Part shown: piece by piece, positions 12,234 to 24,700 of the stretch
Position numbering within the stretch: position 1 is the stretch's first letter
Layout: each line of letters starts with the position of its first letter
Assembly: GCA_025603075.1 (NCBI GenBank)
Contig: MU626417.1
Location: 1 to 46,221 of the forward strand
Length of the DNA stretch: 46,221 bases
Origin: Neoconidiobolus thromboides FSU 785
Lineage: Eukaryota > Fungi > Entomophthoromycota
Reading direction: 5' to 3'
Program-made: the position numbers and the translations under genes
The notes under the pieces: model-generated
Databases searched by the model: none
Told to the model about the DNA's origin: nothing
Seen by the model: only the letters and a program-made list of their open reading frames with translations

Positions 12234-12306
12234 GCTCCGTTAGCTCAGTTGGCAGAGCGTGGTGCTAATAACGCTAAGGTCATAGGTTCAAGCCCTATAC
12301 GGAGCA
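12234..12306 (+). tRNA. tRNA-Ile (anticodon AAT)
   Basis: Acceptor stem GCTCCGT/ACGGAGC, D arm GCTC/GAGC, anticodon loop CT-AAT-AA, T arm ATAGG-TTCAAGC-CCTAT; 73 nt followed by a T-run. Confidence 0.97.
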
Positions 12307-12660
12307 TTTTATGGTATAGATTTGTTATACTATTTTTATTAAAATGGTTATGATTTTCTTTCTACTAGCATTTTTCCTTTACATATACTTATCCTACTTT
12401 TAAAATAGAACATTGCTATTTTTAATATGAAACCTTGTTTGAAATTAATAATAATTTCTGATTTGATTTAAAAATAGTATTGAATATTTTAAAAAATTAT
12501 ATAAAATAAACTAAAAGGTATTATGATTAATTTTAAAAAAAACCATAATACTTCATACTGTTTAGAAATCATATGCTATCCTGTATATTATATACAATCT
12601 TTATCTATTACCTATTAGCTTATTATTTTATTTAATAAGATTTAAAATAAAAAAAGTAAT

Positions 12661-12760
12661 ACATGGGGATATATTTTTTGTTTAAGAATTTTACTAACAA
12701 TCCTTCTGCTCAAATAGTGCTCAGAAAATGGAAAAAGTGATGAAAAATACATCCTCATAT
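12661..12760 (+). mobile_element. MITE family copy with a small deletion near the right end
   Basis: ACAT-GGGGATAT...ACATCCTC-ATAT. Confidence 0.88.
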
Positions 12761-13495
12761 GGGGATATCCAAAGTGATCTCATTTTTTATTCAATTAACT
12801 ACCATTTCATATCAGCCAATAATAGTACACCAGTAAGCTTGCCTAATAAAAAACTTCCGAAATGTTGCTTATATGGATACTGTGGAAATTTAATCTGATT
12901 TCTATAAGAAAATAGCAAAAAACGTGCGACGTGTAATACTTGATGGTCAATTTTCTTATTTGCTGTGGCTGTACTTTTATTTGATTTTCGAAACCGCATA
13001 AAAAACTATAATATAAACCTACCTATTTATACATTATTTGAGCTATTGTTTTTTGAGTTATGGTAAAAACTAGTTACATTTTTAAATTATTGAAATAATC
13101 TTTTTAAGCAAACATTTATCTAAAGCTGTAGGTTGAACTATTTTGTACAATTGAACTTATTCATTCTATAAAGATGAACTTGAATATGTAAACCACTAAA
13201 ATAAATATCTGGAACACAAGAAATATTAAAAGAAATTTACTGAAGAATATAGGGGATTAATGAAGCATTTTATTATACTCAATAATAGCATTGAACAATT
13301 GAATTGTTGTCCAAATATAGGATGTGTTTTATTATAACCGAAACAATCTCAATAGCAAAACAAGTGTTCGATTAACGCGATTAAAGAAGATGCATATAGA
13401 ATTTAGAGACCAAACTCAATCATTATAGCTAATTAAGGATTATTTAAATCAACTTAATATATTTGAGATATTCGGAAATAGATTAGAAATTTAAA

Positions 13496-13599
13496 ACATG
13501 AGTCTGTTTTTTTTGTTTCATTGTTTTTCGATTTTTTAAGCGCTATTTAAGTGGAAAGATTGTAGTAAAATTCTTAAACAAAAAAACACATCCCCATAT
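13496..13599 (-). mobile_element. MITE family copy
   Basis: Reverse-oriented core; ends ...ACATCCCC-ATAT. Confidence 0.88.
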
Positions 13600-14116
13600 A
13601 ATTAAGATTTTATCAACTATTATTAATCTAAAGTCTTTGGTATTGACGATTTCAAAATTTGGGAAGAAGGATAAGAGATAAAAGAAATAGTCAAAAGAAG
13701 CATGAAAAGACTATTTCTAAACTTAATAATTTCTACTAAACTTTGTTTTAATAATGTCCAATCCATCAAGACTTAAATTAAATTAACAATGCATTTTAAG
13801 TATCTTCGATTTGGTTGAATTTAAACAGTAAATTCCGTCTGCAATAATTCTGAAATGATTTTAATGAGTTTGTGTAGTTGAATTTATTACTAATATTACT
13901 GTAATAAAATGTAAGAAATAACAAATTAGTTTAATAGTTAGCATTCTACATTTATTTATTGAATTAATTCAAATAACATACAAATGTTTGTTTTTTGGTC
14001 AAATACAACGTTTAAAAACTCAATATAAAACATATAAATATTCAATAAATTATATAATAATCATTATATTTTTAATACTTTTAATTAATGTTATTTTATG
14101 ATCTGTGATATTATAA

Positions 14117-14220
14117 ATATAGGGATGTATTTTTGTGTTTAAGAATTTTACTAACAAATTTTTTGCTTAAATAGCGCTAAAAATGGAAAAAATAATGAAG
14201 TCAAAAAAACACTCCTATAT
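14117..14220 (+). mobile_element. MITE family copy
   Basis: ATAT-AGGGATGT...CACTCCT-ATAT. Confidence 0.9.
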
Positions 14221-14356
14221 AATATTCAAATATAATGCCAAAAAAAAGCAAAAAAAACATTTCATAGAGTATTTTATAAAGTAATCTTCTTAACTTCAAA
14301 AAACTGCAGCTTTACAAATGTTAATTTATTAAATATAAGACAATAATGAAATAAAT

Positions 14357-14458
14357 ATATGGAGGTGTTTTTTTCCATCGCTTTTTCCATTTTTTAAGCA
14401 CTACTTGAGTGGAAAAGCTATTAATAAAATCCTCAAACAAAAAAATACATCCCCATAT
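14357..14458 (-). mobile_element. MITE family copy
   Basis: ATAT-GGAGGTG...CATCCCC-ATAT. Confidence 0.88.
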
Positions 14459-14844
14459 ATTTTTAACTATTCATATCAAATTCTATTATTGGTTTTTAAA
14501 TTATAACTTTTATTTAGTCATTAGTAATTTAAGCTTTCAAAAGTTTCTAATAATGATTTTTAATTAGTAAACTAATATTAAAAAAGCAAACTTAATAAAT
14601 GTATATTTCTTTAGCTATCTTACTTTTTTATAGCTTTAAGTTTAAAATTTAATGTTATATTCAATGTTTACTGTTATATTTTTAATTATTTTAAAATCTT
14701 ATAAAAGATAGTCTTTATTTGTTGTTTTTGTTTACCATAGGCCTCTTTTTTAGTGATAAAGCATTTGAAAATTCTTTTGCTTTTATAAGATTTTAAAATA
14801 ATTAAAAATTGTATATTTGATTTAAAGCAAGAACAACATTAACA

Positions 14845-14949
14845 ATAGGGGATGTTTTTTTTGGTTTCATTACTTTTCCATTTTTTAAGTGCTATTTGAG
14901 TAGAAAAGTTGTTAATAAAGTCCTTAAACACAAAAATACATCCCCATAG
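14845..14949 (-). mobile_element. MITE family copy
   Basis: ATAG-GGGATG...CATCCCC-ATAG. Confidence 0.9.
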
Positions 14950-15788
14950 CTTTATTTTTCAAAAGCCAATGAACCCTTTGAGTATTAAATGCAAATATCT
15001 CAAAAAAATTCTGTTTGATTGGATTGAAATTTTTGATCTATCTCTTAATTATTGTAGAATGATTCCTGTCTACTTAAGGCTAATTTGACAAACTATACTT
15101 ATCAATAACACTTGTTGTTAAAGTTTACTTTTAAAGTAAATTCTATATTTGTATAACAGTGCATTACCCATTAAATGATCAAAACATAAAAATGCTCCAT
15201 TTAAAATACTATTCATTTGTATAATTTATAACAATAAGCATTGTAAATTATAGAATAAATAAGACATTTTGGCTTTACATAATTAAGGTTTTTAAAATAT
15301 TAGCTTTTAAATGACATACTCAACCCTGAACTTACAATTAATATAAAATTAATGCTAAAATTCATAATTTTTAAAATCTAAAAATAGATAAAAAAGGCTT
15401 AGATAGAACATTGCAATGTAGGTGATTAAAATTCATATTTCTCCGCTTTATTTATATTTGAATTATAGCTTTAATTGCAATATAGTATAAATAATTGATT
15501 GATGTAAGCTGGAATATTTAAATGTTAAAAATTAAAAATGGCTTAACTTTAAAATTGGTGAAATATGTTTAATCATAGAACCACCAGAAAAACATAAAAT
15601 ATTAGTTTTCAGTATAAAAATTTAAACAGGAATAAGCTATGGACCAAAAATTGATAAGAGTAAATAAAATGAACCATCTTATGATAATATTTCTTTTCAA
15701 CAGTTGTTATCATAATAAAGAGAGTAATTGAGGCAGCGACATGATGTGGTTAAATTGGTTAAACAATCAATATTAATTGATTTTGAGA

Positions 15789-17208
15789 TTAATGACGAGG
15801 GGGGTCCTGAAATTTACTGCTACTGCGAAGGCTAAATAAAGATTAAAATATAGTAGATGTAATGAAACTAAAACATACTTACATTCGATCAGATGGTTCA
15901 ATGTTTCTGTTTCCAGTAGGTCCTTGCTCGTTGCCTTCTTGACGTGATTTGCGAACTGGAGCACGACCTGCTGCTAAATTTGCGGTTTGAATATTGACTG
16001 GGTTAGGTGCATTAGGATTTGGGCGAGATGAAGTGATAGGCTAAAGGATTGTTAGTATAACTCATATTTCAATAAATATCAATTTACTTCATTTGCGTCC
16101 TTATTTTGGCTTTCCTATAAAAAAATTTAGATTTAAAATAGATCAACAGCAATGATATTACATATTTTTTTAAAGTCCAATCAAATACATAATCATAAGA
16201 AAATCCTTCACGAACAAAAAGATCACGGAATAATTTTCTCAAATAAGTATAATCAGGTTTATCATCAAAGCGTAAGCTACGTGTATAGTTGAGATAAATG
16301 GCAAATTCTCTTTTATATCCTGCACATAATACATCAGTTGGGGTTGTCATCTTTTTTTCCATAATCCTATCATATTTTTGCTTTTTAGATGCAGCTTTTA
16401 AACCTTGCCATGGAAGTGAACCACGGCAGAAATACATTAAAACATATCCAAGTGATTCAAGATCATCTCTACGACTTTGTTCTATTAAAATATTAGTATT
16501 ACGTAAAATAAATATCTATAGAATATTTACCCACTCCTAAATGAGTATTAACGCTAGCGTATCTTGCAGTTCCAGTAAGATTTTTATTCTCACGATAGGG
16601 AATATGTAAATAAGTCCTTGGATCACGGTATTTTTTAGCTAAACCAAAATCGATTACGTTAACTTGGTTTGCTCTTCTACCTACTCCCATTAAAAAGTTA
16701 TCTGGCTTAATATCACGATGCAAAAAGTTTTTAGAATGAATATATTCAATTCTAGATAACTAAAAAAAATCAGCACTATTTTCAAATATTAAAGAAAAAT
16801 TCATACCAATTGATCAGCTAATAAAAGCACCGTTTTAAGCCCAAATTTCCTATTGCAAAAATTAAACAAATCCTCAAGGGAAGGCCCTAATAAATCCATA
16901 ACAAGGAAGTTGTAATCTCCTTCAGTACAAAAATTACGTACAAAAGGAATTCCCACCCCTCCTGCAAGAATCCTGTAAACTTTAGATTCATATTCAAGTT
17001 GAGGATGACGCGCTTTATTTGATTCTACTTTTATTGCAATTTCTTCTCCACTTACACAATTTACGCCTGATTTTGTTAAAACGAATTATTTTAGATTTAG
17101 AATAATCTCACCTATATAAATTTCTCCAAAAGATCCAGATCCGATTTTTTTTCCAAGCTTATACTTGTTCATAATTCGGGTTGGCATGGGAGGTCTTTCT
17201 GAGCTCAT
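15789..17208 (-). CDS. HRR25: Casein kinase I, delta/epsilon (Hrr25/Hhp1) type (377 aa). Exons 17208-17112, 17066-16807, 16759-16531, 16481-16162, 16114-16088, 16040-15883, 15831-15789
   Basis: [58 protein letters not shown]; no C-terminal CC anchor; exon phases consistent. Confidence 0.95.
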
Positions 17209-18072
17209 TTTTAAAATTGAACTAAATTATATTTTTTTAAAAGGATGAAATTGGACTAATATAATAAATTTATTGAATATATCGTTTTAAAATATAATCA
17301 AAAAGTAATTTGAATAAAAAAATTGGATGGATGTGCTGCTCAACGTTTTATCGACAATAAGAAAATGAACGGTAATTCCTAAAACATGTTGAAGTTATCT
17401 AATTTTACTAACAATTCTGCTTAGAATTTATTTAGTTTCATATCATCTTTTAAGCCAATCATTAATTGATTATCTTAAATTTGATCAATCATTGAATACC
17501 ACCTTTCAAATGGCGACGAATGAGAATAAATATGGTTTCTAGCTTTATGGGACATTAATTTATGATGCCTAATATAGTGTACTAAGGTGTTCTATTTATA
17601 AATTGAACTTGAAAGTGTGGTAGTTTTAAATTAAAATTTAATACAATAATTAACCTTAACCCATCAAGCGCATATGCCATATATTACGTCATGGGCGGTA
17701 GTAGCTTTTAACTAGTGAAGCCATAAATTTAAGCAATCAAATCAATTAATGGCTAAATATTATTTACTGGCTATAAAATAAATAATAGCTTTATTAGTAT
17801 AAGAAGTTAACTTTGGCCAGTTTTTCAAAAATTTAGAGACGTTTGAGGGGTTAAAATTAAGAATGAGTACTTTTTACATAATACTAACTTTGTTATATTA
17901 TTACTAGAATTTATCAATTTTTATATTTTATGATATACAGATAAAAGCAGATCTTATAAGCTTTTACTAACTTTGATAATGTTAGCACTGATTTTATATT
18001 TTTTTAAGAATAAATATAAAATTGAAGAGTGAATAAAAAGAGTAAAGCAGCAAAATAAAATCTAAATTTACA

Positions 18073-18175
18073 CTATGGTGATGTGTTTTTGTTTAAGAAT
18101 TTTACCAAAAAATTTTCTAATCAAATAGCGTTTGAAAGATGGAAAAAATGATGAAACCAAAAAAACCACCTATAT
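18073..18175 (+). mobile_element. MITE family copy (diverged)
   Basis: CTAT-GGTGATG...CCACCT-ATAT with the internal consensus. Confidence 0.85.
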
Positions 18176-18465
18176 ATGGCCATTTTTGATACAAGCTTCA
18201 AATCTTATTTGTAGACTCTAAAACTTGATACCTGACTGTGCTTGTTATATAAATATCAGTTCAACGTACTAGTTGTTTGAATTAGCAAGTATTAACAATA
18301 GGGAATATCTTCCTTAAATGCAGCTTTTAAAATAGAGCCGCTTTTAGTGGATTTTCAAGTTTACACATTGTTCTAAAATCCTGTGATTAAAGCTGACCTA
18401 TAAGATTAGTATTCTCTTTCTCAGCTAGCATTATCCTTATTTCGTTAAAATGTAACCTAAAAGAG

Positions 18466-18553
18466 TTTGGGGGATCTTTTTCCTTTTACTATTGTTCATT
18501 TGTTAAGCAGTTTAAATTCCAAAAATCTTTATTAAAATCAAAAAATATCTATA
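18466..18553 (-). mobile_element. Possible highly degenerate MITE copy
   Basis: GGGGGATC start and a weak match to the reverse consensus (TTGTTCATTTGTTAAGCAGTTTAAA). Confidence 0.35.
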
Positions 18554-19080
18554 TTATTTATGCATAATGTGAGTTTAATAATTCAAACTTTCAAGTGCAC
18601 TTAACAAACTGCATTATGAAAACAACGGTTTCTTATATTTATCCTTAGGATTAAAGATCACTCTTGCTTTAAAATGAAGCAAGTTGATGTCTAAATGACC
18701 TTCTGTTTTTTTGCGCATTTATTTTATTCTTCTAAACAGACGACTATCTAGAGTTCTGTATAGAAACGTTATTAAATAGCTATAACAAACAAAAAGGAAT
18801 AAAGGATAAAATTAATCAACTATAACATTTTATCAAATTATTGTATATTCTTGGCTTAAAGCTACTATTAAAGTTAGTTTAATAAGTAGTTTTGTATTTG
18901 TTAAAGTATTTTAAAAAATATTTTTACCCAACAATCATTTAAATTGCAATGTTAGAATAAAATAATACAGCATCATATAAGATAAAATTCATATAAAAAT
19001 GAATAATTTAATAAAGCATTAGCTTGCTAGTCCAATATTCAATATTCAATACGTTATTACAACTAAAATATTGTAATAGT

Positions 19081-19724
19081 TTAACGGTTTTCGATCCAGG
19101 CGTTTTCTTTACGGATTTCAGCTTCTTCTTCCTCTGTGAAGTCATTGATAATATTGAACTCTTCCCTGATTTGTTGGATGTTTTTACCTATTTAATCCAT
19201 TACTATACTATAGCTATGTAAATATAAAAAATCTTACCACGAATCATATTGGCAATCATTTTACAGCAGACTTGAATCAAAGGTTTAATGTCCAAGTAGT
19301 TAGCAGCCTATCAATTAAACACAATTAATTATGATTTAAAACTATTCTGGCGTAGATCATACCAAGATGAGCTCATAGAGGCTTTCTTTATCTAACTTAG
19401 CAAAGTTGAAATCCCAAGGATCAATATCTTCGATGGCCCTAGCTCTGTTTGGTGGCTCATCGTCCTCTTCTTCTTCAACTACAGGATCATCTCTGTGGTG
19501 TTCACAATATTCAATAATCCTTAATAAGGTCTCTTCATTAACGTTCATTAAAGGAATAGCTAAAATCTACGTTTAAAAGTAATACAAAATAAAAAATAAA
19601 AAAACTTACAAGCATCGGCATCATTAGTATCTTCCAATAATCCTTTGATTAGTTTTGATCTTTCAATGACACTTCTTTCAACTTTGACTTCTTTATTGTC
19701 TGAGGTAGTAAGGATGATGGGCAT
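19081..19724 (-). CDS. SKP1: Skp1, SCF ubiquitin-ligase adaptor (162 aa). Exons 19724-19610, 19559-19363, 19307-19238, 19187-19081
   Basis: [49 protein letters not shown]. Confidence 0.97.
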
Positions 19725-20537
19725 TTTTAAAAAGTATAAAAGAAAATATCAACTCTATCCTCTTTTTATACCTTTTTTTACATGATTTTTTAAACTCAAG
19801 GCAGAGCCAATAATCTTTATGATTTTGCGTAGTTGGGAGGAAATTGATTGAAACAGCTCTGTATTTACAGGCTTCATAGTAAGTACAGTTCCTGATTAAA
19901 TAGACTTTTTGACAAAAAACCTTAGCAACTAGTTAAAATAGTACCGATGATGCATTTATTCAAGTATTTTATATATATAAAGTAAGCTTATAATAGTTAA
20001 TAACTTAAGTTTAAATCTCAATTTTTAATAATTGTCCTTGCCCATAATGTTCTTATGCTATTATGTGTAGAATTAAAAGCAAATAAAAACTGACAATCAT
20101 GATAATAAAAGAACGTAAAATTCTTTTATTTAGCATCAATTTGCTTAAAAATCTAACCAAATTTTATTTAGTAAATTGATGTATAATTAATGATCCGATT
20201 TAAATGTAGGTTGGGCATTTTCACTTTTGCATTTCCTAAATTTAACTATAGTGACTTTTTTATTTCACTATCTAATAAATACAAAATTGAAAATGTCTAA
20301 TCTGTATTTAAAGTGGATTAATAGTAGCAGTTTATCAAACACAATTTATTGTAGTAACTCTCTACCTTTGATATTAGATTCATATTGATTATTGTCACAA
20401 AAAAGAGAAGACTATTATTTCTTAATTATGATTATATTTGTCTTTTTATATAAATCGATTTAATTACATAAATGAGTTTTATGCTAATAACTTTATAATC
20501 TGATTGAAATTTTTAAGCTGAGAAATTAATTTACCAA

Positions 20538-21736
20538 ATGAAAAAAAAGAAACAAGTTGGATTATTTTTTGAAAAAGATCACAAAACTTTAGAAAAAATG
20601 CAACCTTTAACAATAACAAATGTGAAGGAGTTAATCTTTAACAAATACAAACTAGCCTTGAATTGCAATAAATTATTTTATTATCCTTCCATCGATTATT
20701 CTTTAAGCAAAAAAAACTTGATTCAAGTAAGTCTCATTTACTTTTTAATTAAAATAAACATAGACTAACAATGATTTTAGTATCAGATCCGTCTTGTACC
20801 TGCATTAAAGAAGAAAATAGAAAAAGGAGAGGAAAGTTTCAATAAAAAAGAACCAACAAACCCAGTTAAATCAACCTTTAAAAATACTAACCCTTTTTTA
20901 CCTTGTGATCCAGACTTATTAATAAGTGATACATTATACCCAAACCATAACTTGGTATTAAATAAGTTTTGTGTGGTACCAGGACATATTTTATTGACTA
21001 CAAAAGGTAGTTTAAACTATTTATATTTACTCAATGGAATTTACTTAGACCAAAAATTAGAATATGAATCTCAGGACATTCCACTAAATGTAGTTGATTT
21101 TGAAGCGTTAATAGATTTGATGGTCAACTATGGACCAGATAAACTATTGGCTTTTTTCAACTGTGGCAAAAACTCAGGGGCGAGGTAATAAGTTTAATAT
21201 GCTTTATTTTAAAATTAATTTAGTTTATAAGTCAACCACATAAACATATTCAGTTAATTCCTTTAAGTATAAACGAACCCCCAATTAAATATTCTTTAGA
21301 TAAACTTATGCGAGATTTAGAACACGGTACTATTGCTTGTAAATATCATAATAAATTATTAACATATATATTTTTAGATAAGATTTATGAACTTTCTGAC
21401 TTACCTTATTCCCATCGAATAGTAAAATTAAGTGATTCAGTTAGTAATACCTCCCCAACAACTATTTTTAATTTTTACAATTTAATGATACAGCAGTTAA
21501 AGAGTGATTCAATGTTACATCATAATTTAACTTTATTTAATAATTATATTTATGTGCTACCAAGGAAAGAGGCTCATTTTATTTTAGAGAATGAAATTTT
21601 TTCTATCAATTCTTTAGGGTCAGTACATATGATTATGGCAAAAGATGAAACGCAATTGAATTTATTAAAAGAAGAGATAGGGAGCTCAAATTTAGAGTCT
21701 TGGGCTGGAAGCTGGGTTGGTTTTAAAAAAGAATAA
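20538..21736 (+). CDS. APA2: Ap4A phosphorylase / ATP adenylyltransferase (Apa1/Apa2 family). Exons 20538 (or an ATG ~40 nt downstream)-20726, 20781-21006, 21061-21184, 21232-21326, 21378-21736
   Basis: NPFLP, LVLNKFCVVPGHILLTTKEYESQ, FFNCGKNSGASQPHKHIQ (HIT-like HxHxQ), SINSLG. Confidence 0.92.
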
Positions 21737-21799
21737 TAAAGTCTTACTTTAATTAACTATAATTAATATACTAATATATTAATGCATGTTCTTTGCTGC

Positions 21800-24700
21800 T
21801 TACTCTTTACTCTTTTTAATCTCATTCTTGTTGTTTGCTTGATCTTTATTTGATTTATTACTATGACTCATTGCTAATTGTGATAAACTAGATTGTAAAG
21901 CAGCTAATGGGGATTGAGTAATCCCAATGGAACCTATTGGTGAAGCAGCTACTCTAGGTTTCATCAATTTACGTGTATTATTAATTGTAAATGGTGAATC
22001 ATAAGTTGTAAATGGTGAATTGTTGATTGTAAATGGTGAATTTGAGTGATTAACTACCTTAAAGTTATTGGCCGTAATTAGTGGGGAAGTGTCATTGATC
22101 TGTGGGCCTGTAGCTAAGATGTTTGGATGATACAATCTAATTGGATTGAACTTAGTTATGATTTCATTATCTCCATCTTTAATAAGATTATTGTCCCATT
22201 CCCATGGAACAAATTCATTTTCATCCGTTGTATTATTTTTAATATCAGAAGAATAATTTGATTTGGCTTCAAAAGGAAATAATCTCTTGATTCGTGGATC
22301 GTTAATTGCAGTTTTAGTCAACTTGGGATAATTTTTACGTAGTACTGAAAACAATTCAGATTTATTTTCTTTTGGGATCAAATTCATATAATATGAAAAG
22401 AAATCTAACATAAATTCAAACTCTTCCTTATTCTCTTCTCCTATTAACACTGCATTTTGTAACAGCCCTAAAAAGATCTCTGTCCATTCCATACGGATAT
22501 TTAAATTAACAAAATCAACCATCTCTTTTATACATGGTATTAACAAATCGACCCTTATTATTATAGCTTCTTTGATAATTTCAGAGTTAACATCATTGCC
22601 ATCATTATTCGTTGTAGTATCATTAGTATCATAATTCAATGATAATGTATCTTCATGCTAAAGTTGCAGCTATTAATATATATACTTACTCAAAACAAAA
22701 AAGTAAATTACTATTTTATTATTCAACTGTAATTTGGAAACTTGCTCAAAAGTACAGTTTGATAAGGTCATAATCTCAAATATCTAATAATCAACAATAA
22801 ATATAAATAAAAAATATTACTATAATAAACTTACATGTGTAAATTTTGAAATAAATTTAAGTTGATGAATTAAAAATACTCCGAATTCGATTCTCTTTTT
22901 GGCCCATTCTTTTACAATTTCATTATCAATAGTCCCGGGTGGGGTGAGTGAAAGCAAACTAAACATTAACTTTTTATATCTTTCTATGATTTCCTTTTGA
23001 TTCTTGTGTTTTTTCAACAAATCAACCCATCTTTTGATATAATTAGGAAATTTATTATTGAGTGAACTTGTATCTCCACATAATGTTTCTCCTCCAACCG
23101 TTAAGAACATCTGCCAATAATGCGGTGGTGATGAATTTATTATTTGTATCAAAGTAATATATGGAATTTCTAAATCCATAAGCCATTCGAAAAATAACTT
23201 CTTTGCAAAGTCTAAAATATAATCTGACTCTGAGCTATTACTATTGCTATTTAACTGCAAATTAATAACAATGTTAAAATAGAATGAAATTATTGTTTTG
23301 TTTTTCTGAAACAAAAGGACTTTTTCTTCATTTAATTTACCGTCATTTGTCAATTTGTTACTTTTAAGCAATTTCTCAAAATAATTGGCACCGCTTATTC
23401 CTACAATAATTGAATTAGTAAGTAGTTAAGAAATGAAATAATAAATTATACTTAATTCCTCTAAATCCAAGATAAAAACAAACAATTCGATAAATTTATG
23501 CTCTGCTTCTTGTTTTTGTTCTTGATTGACCACTATGTTTTTATTCAATTTTTCAGTTATACCTTTTCCCTTATCACTCATTAATTTGTCATAAATAGAA
23601 TTAAACTTATCATTAGCAAATGTTTTCATCCAATTAGATTTAGCAATGTCATTACGAAGGCTTTCAAACTTACGGAGATACTCACTATTTGATTGTAATA
23701 AAGTTTCAATCACGCAAATATAATATAGTATCTTAAACACTTGCTCAATACTTTCTATTGAATTAAAGCTTGTTCCTTGCATTATGTTAAAATTGAAATG
23801 ATCCTGGAATATTGTTACTTATTAATATTACAATACTATTTAATATTATGTTAATTACCTGTGTGTCAAAAGTTATTTTATTTGGTAAGTGATCTTTATA
23901 ATTGGATGTAAACAATAACCTTAAAAAGAAAATAAAATGTTCATCAAAGAAATCTTGCACTGAAACTGAGGTATACTATCGAAACTTAATATAAAGTATT
24001 AAAATATGAATAATAAATTACTTGTTTAAAATACAATTCAAGTATATTTAAGATAGTATTGCACAATTGAGTGACAGAAATAATGGATCTTTGAGTCAGA
24101 AAGCAAGCAAATACTAAATTCCAATAATAAACTTTACTTTCTAGTATATTTTTCTTCCTTAAGTAACTTGAATTAAACTGTAAGATCCAATTCATAACAA
24201 CCGGGGTTCCTTCTAATGTAAAATCACTTAATAGGCAAAATAAATCACTATAACTTCTAATCATTATCAAGTTTTGTTGATTTTGATTTAATGGATCGGA
24301 CATCAATTTTGTATGAATATTTTTTAACGCTACTTTAAATAATTTATCCCACCAACTTGACAAATGTTTAAATTTAGAAACTAAAGTGGATGCTTGTTGT
24401 TGGAGTCCTTGTAAATCCGAAGATACATTATAAAGTTCTGATATATATTCGGTTACTTCTGAATTTGGAAATAACTCACTTTGTGGTTTGTAAGGAACAA
24501 GGGAATGAATATATAGCTCAATCTAACAAAACTTAATATATACTCATGTTAAAATAAAAAATATTACTTCAACCCTCATGGAATTCGTTGATCCAGGAAC
24601 ATTCCCAGTAATCAAAGTTAATATATAAAGAGCAAGACGTTTATCTGGTTGACCGTAAATTTCCTTGATAGTTTTGTACTATTCAATTATTAGATCTAAC

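Noticed and set aside
15773-19221. ORFs 15773-15964, 16298-16540 and 19024-19221
   Set aside because: Off-frame or antisense to CK1 and Skp1 exons
15789-19724. CK1 next to Skp1 as a phosphodegron/SCF gene cluster
   Set aside because: Both are housekeeping genes 1.9 kb apart; no evidence beyond adjacency
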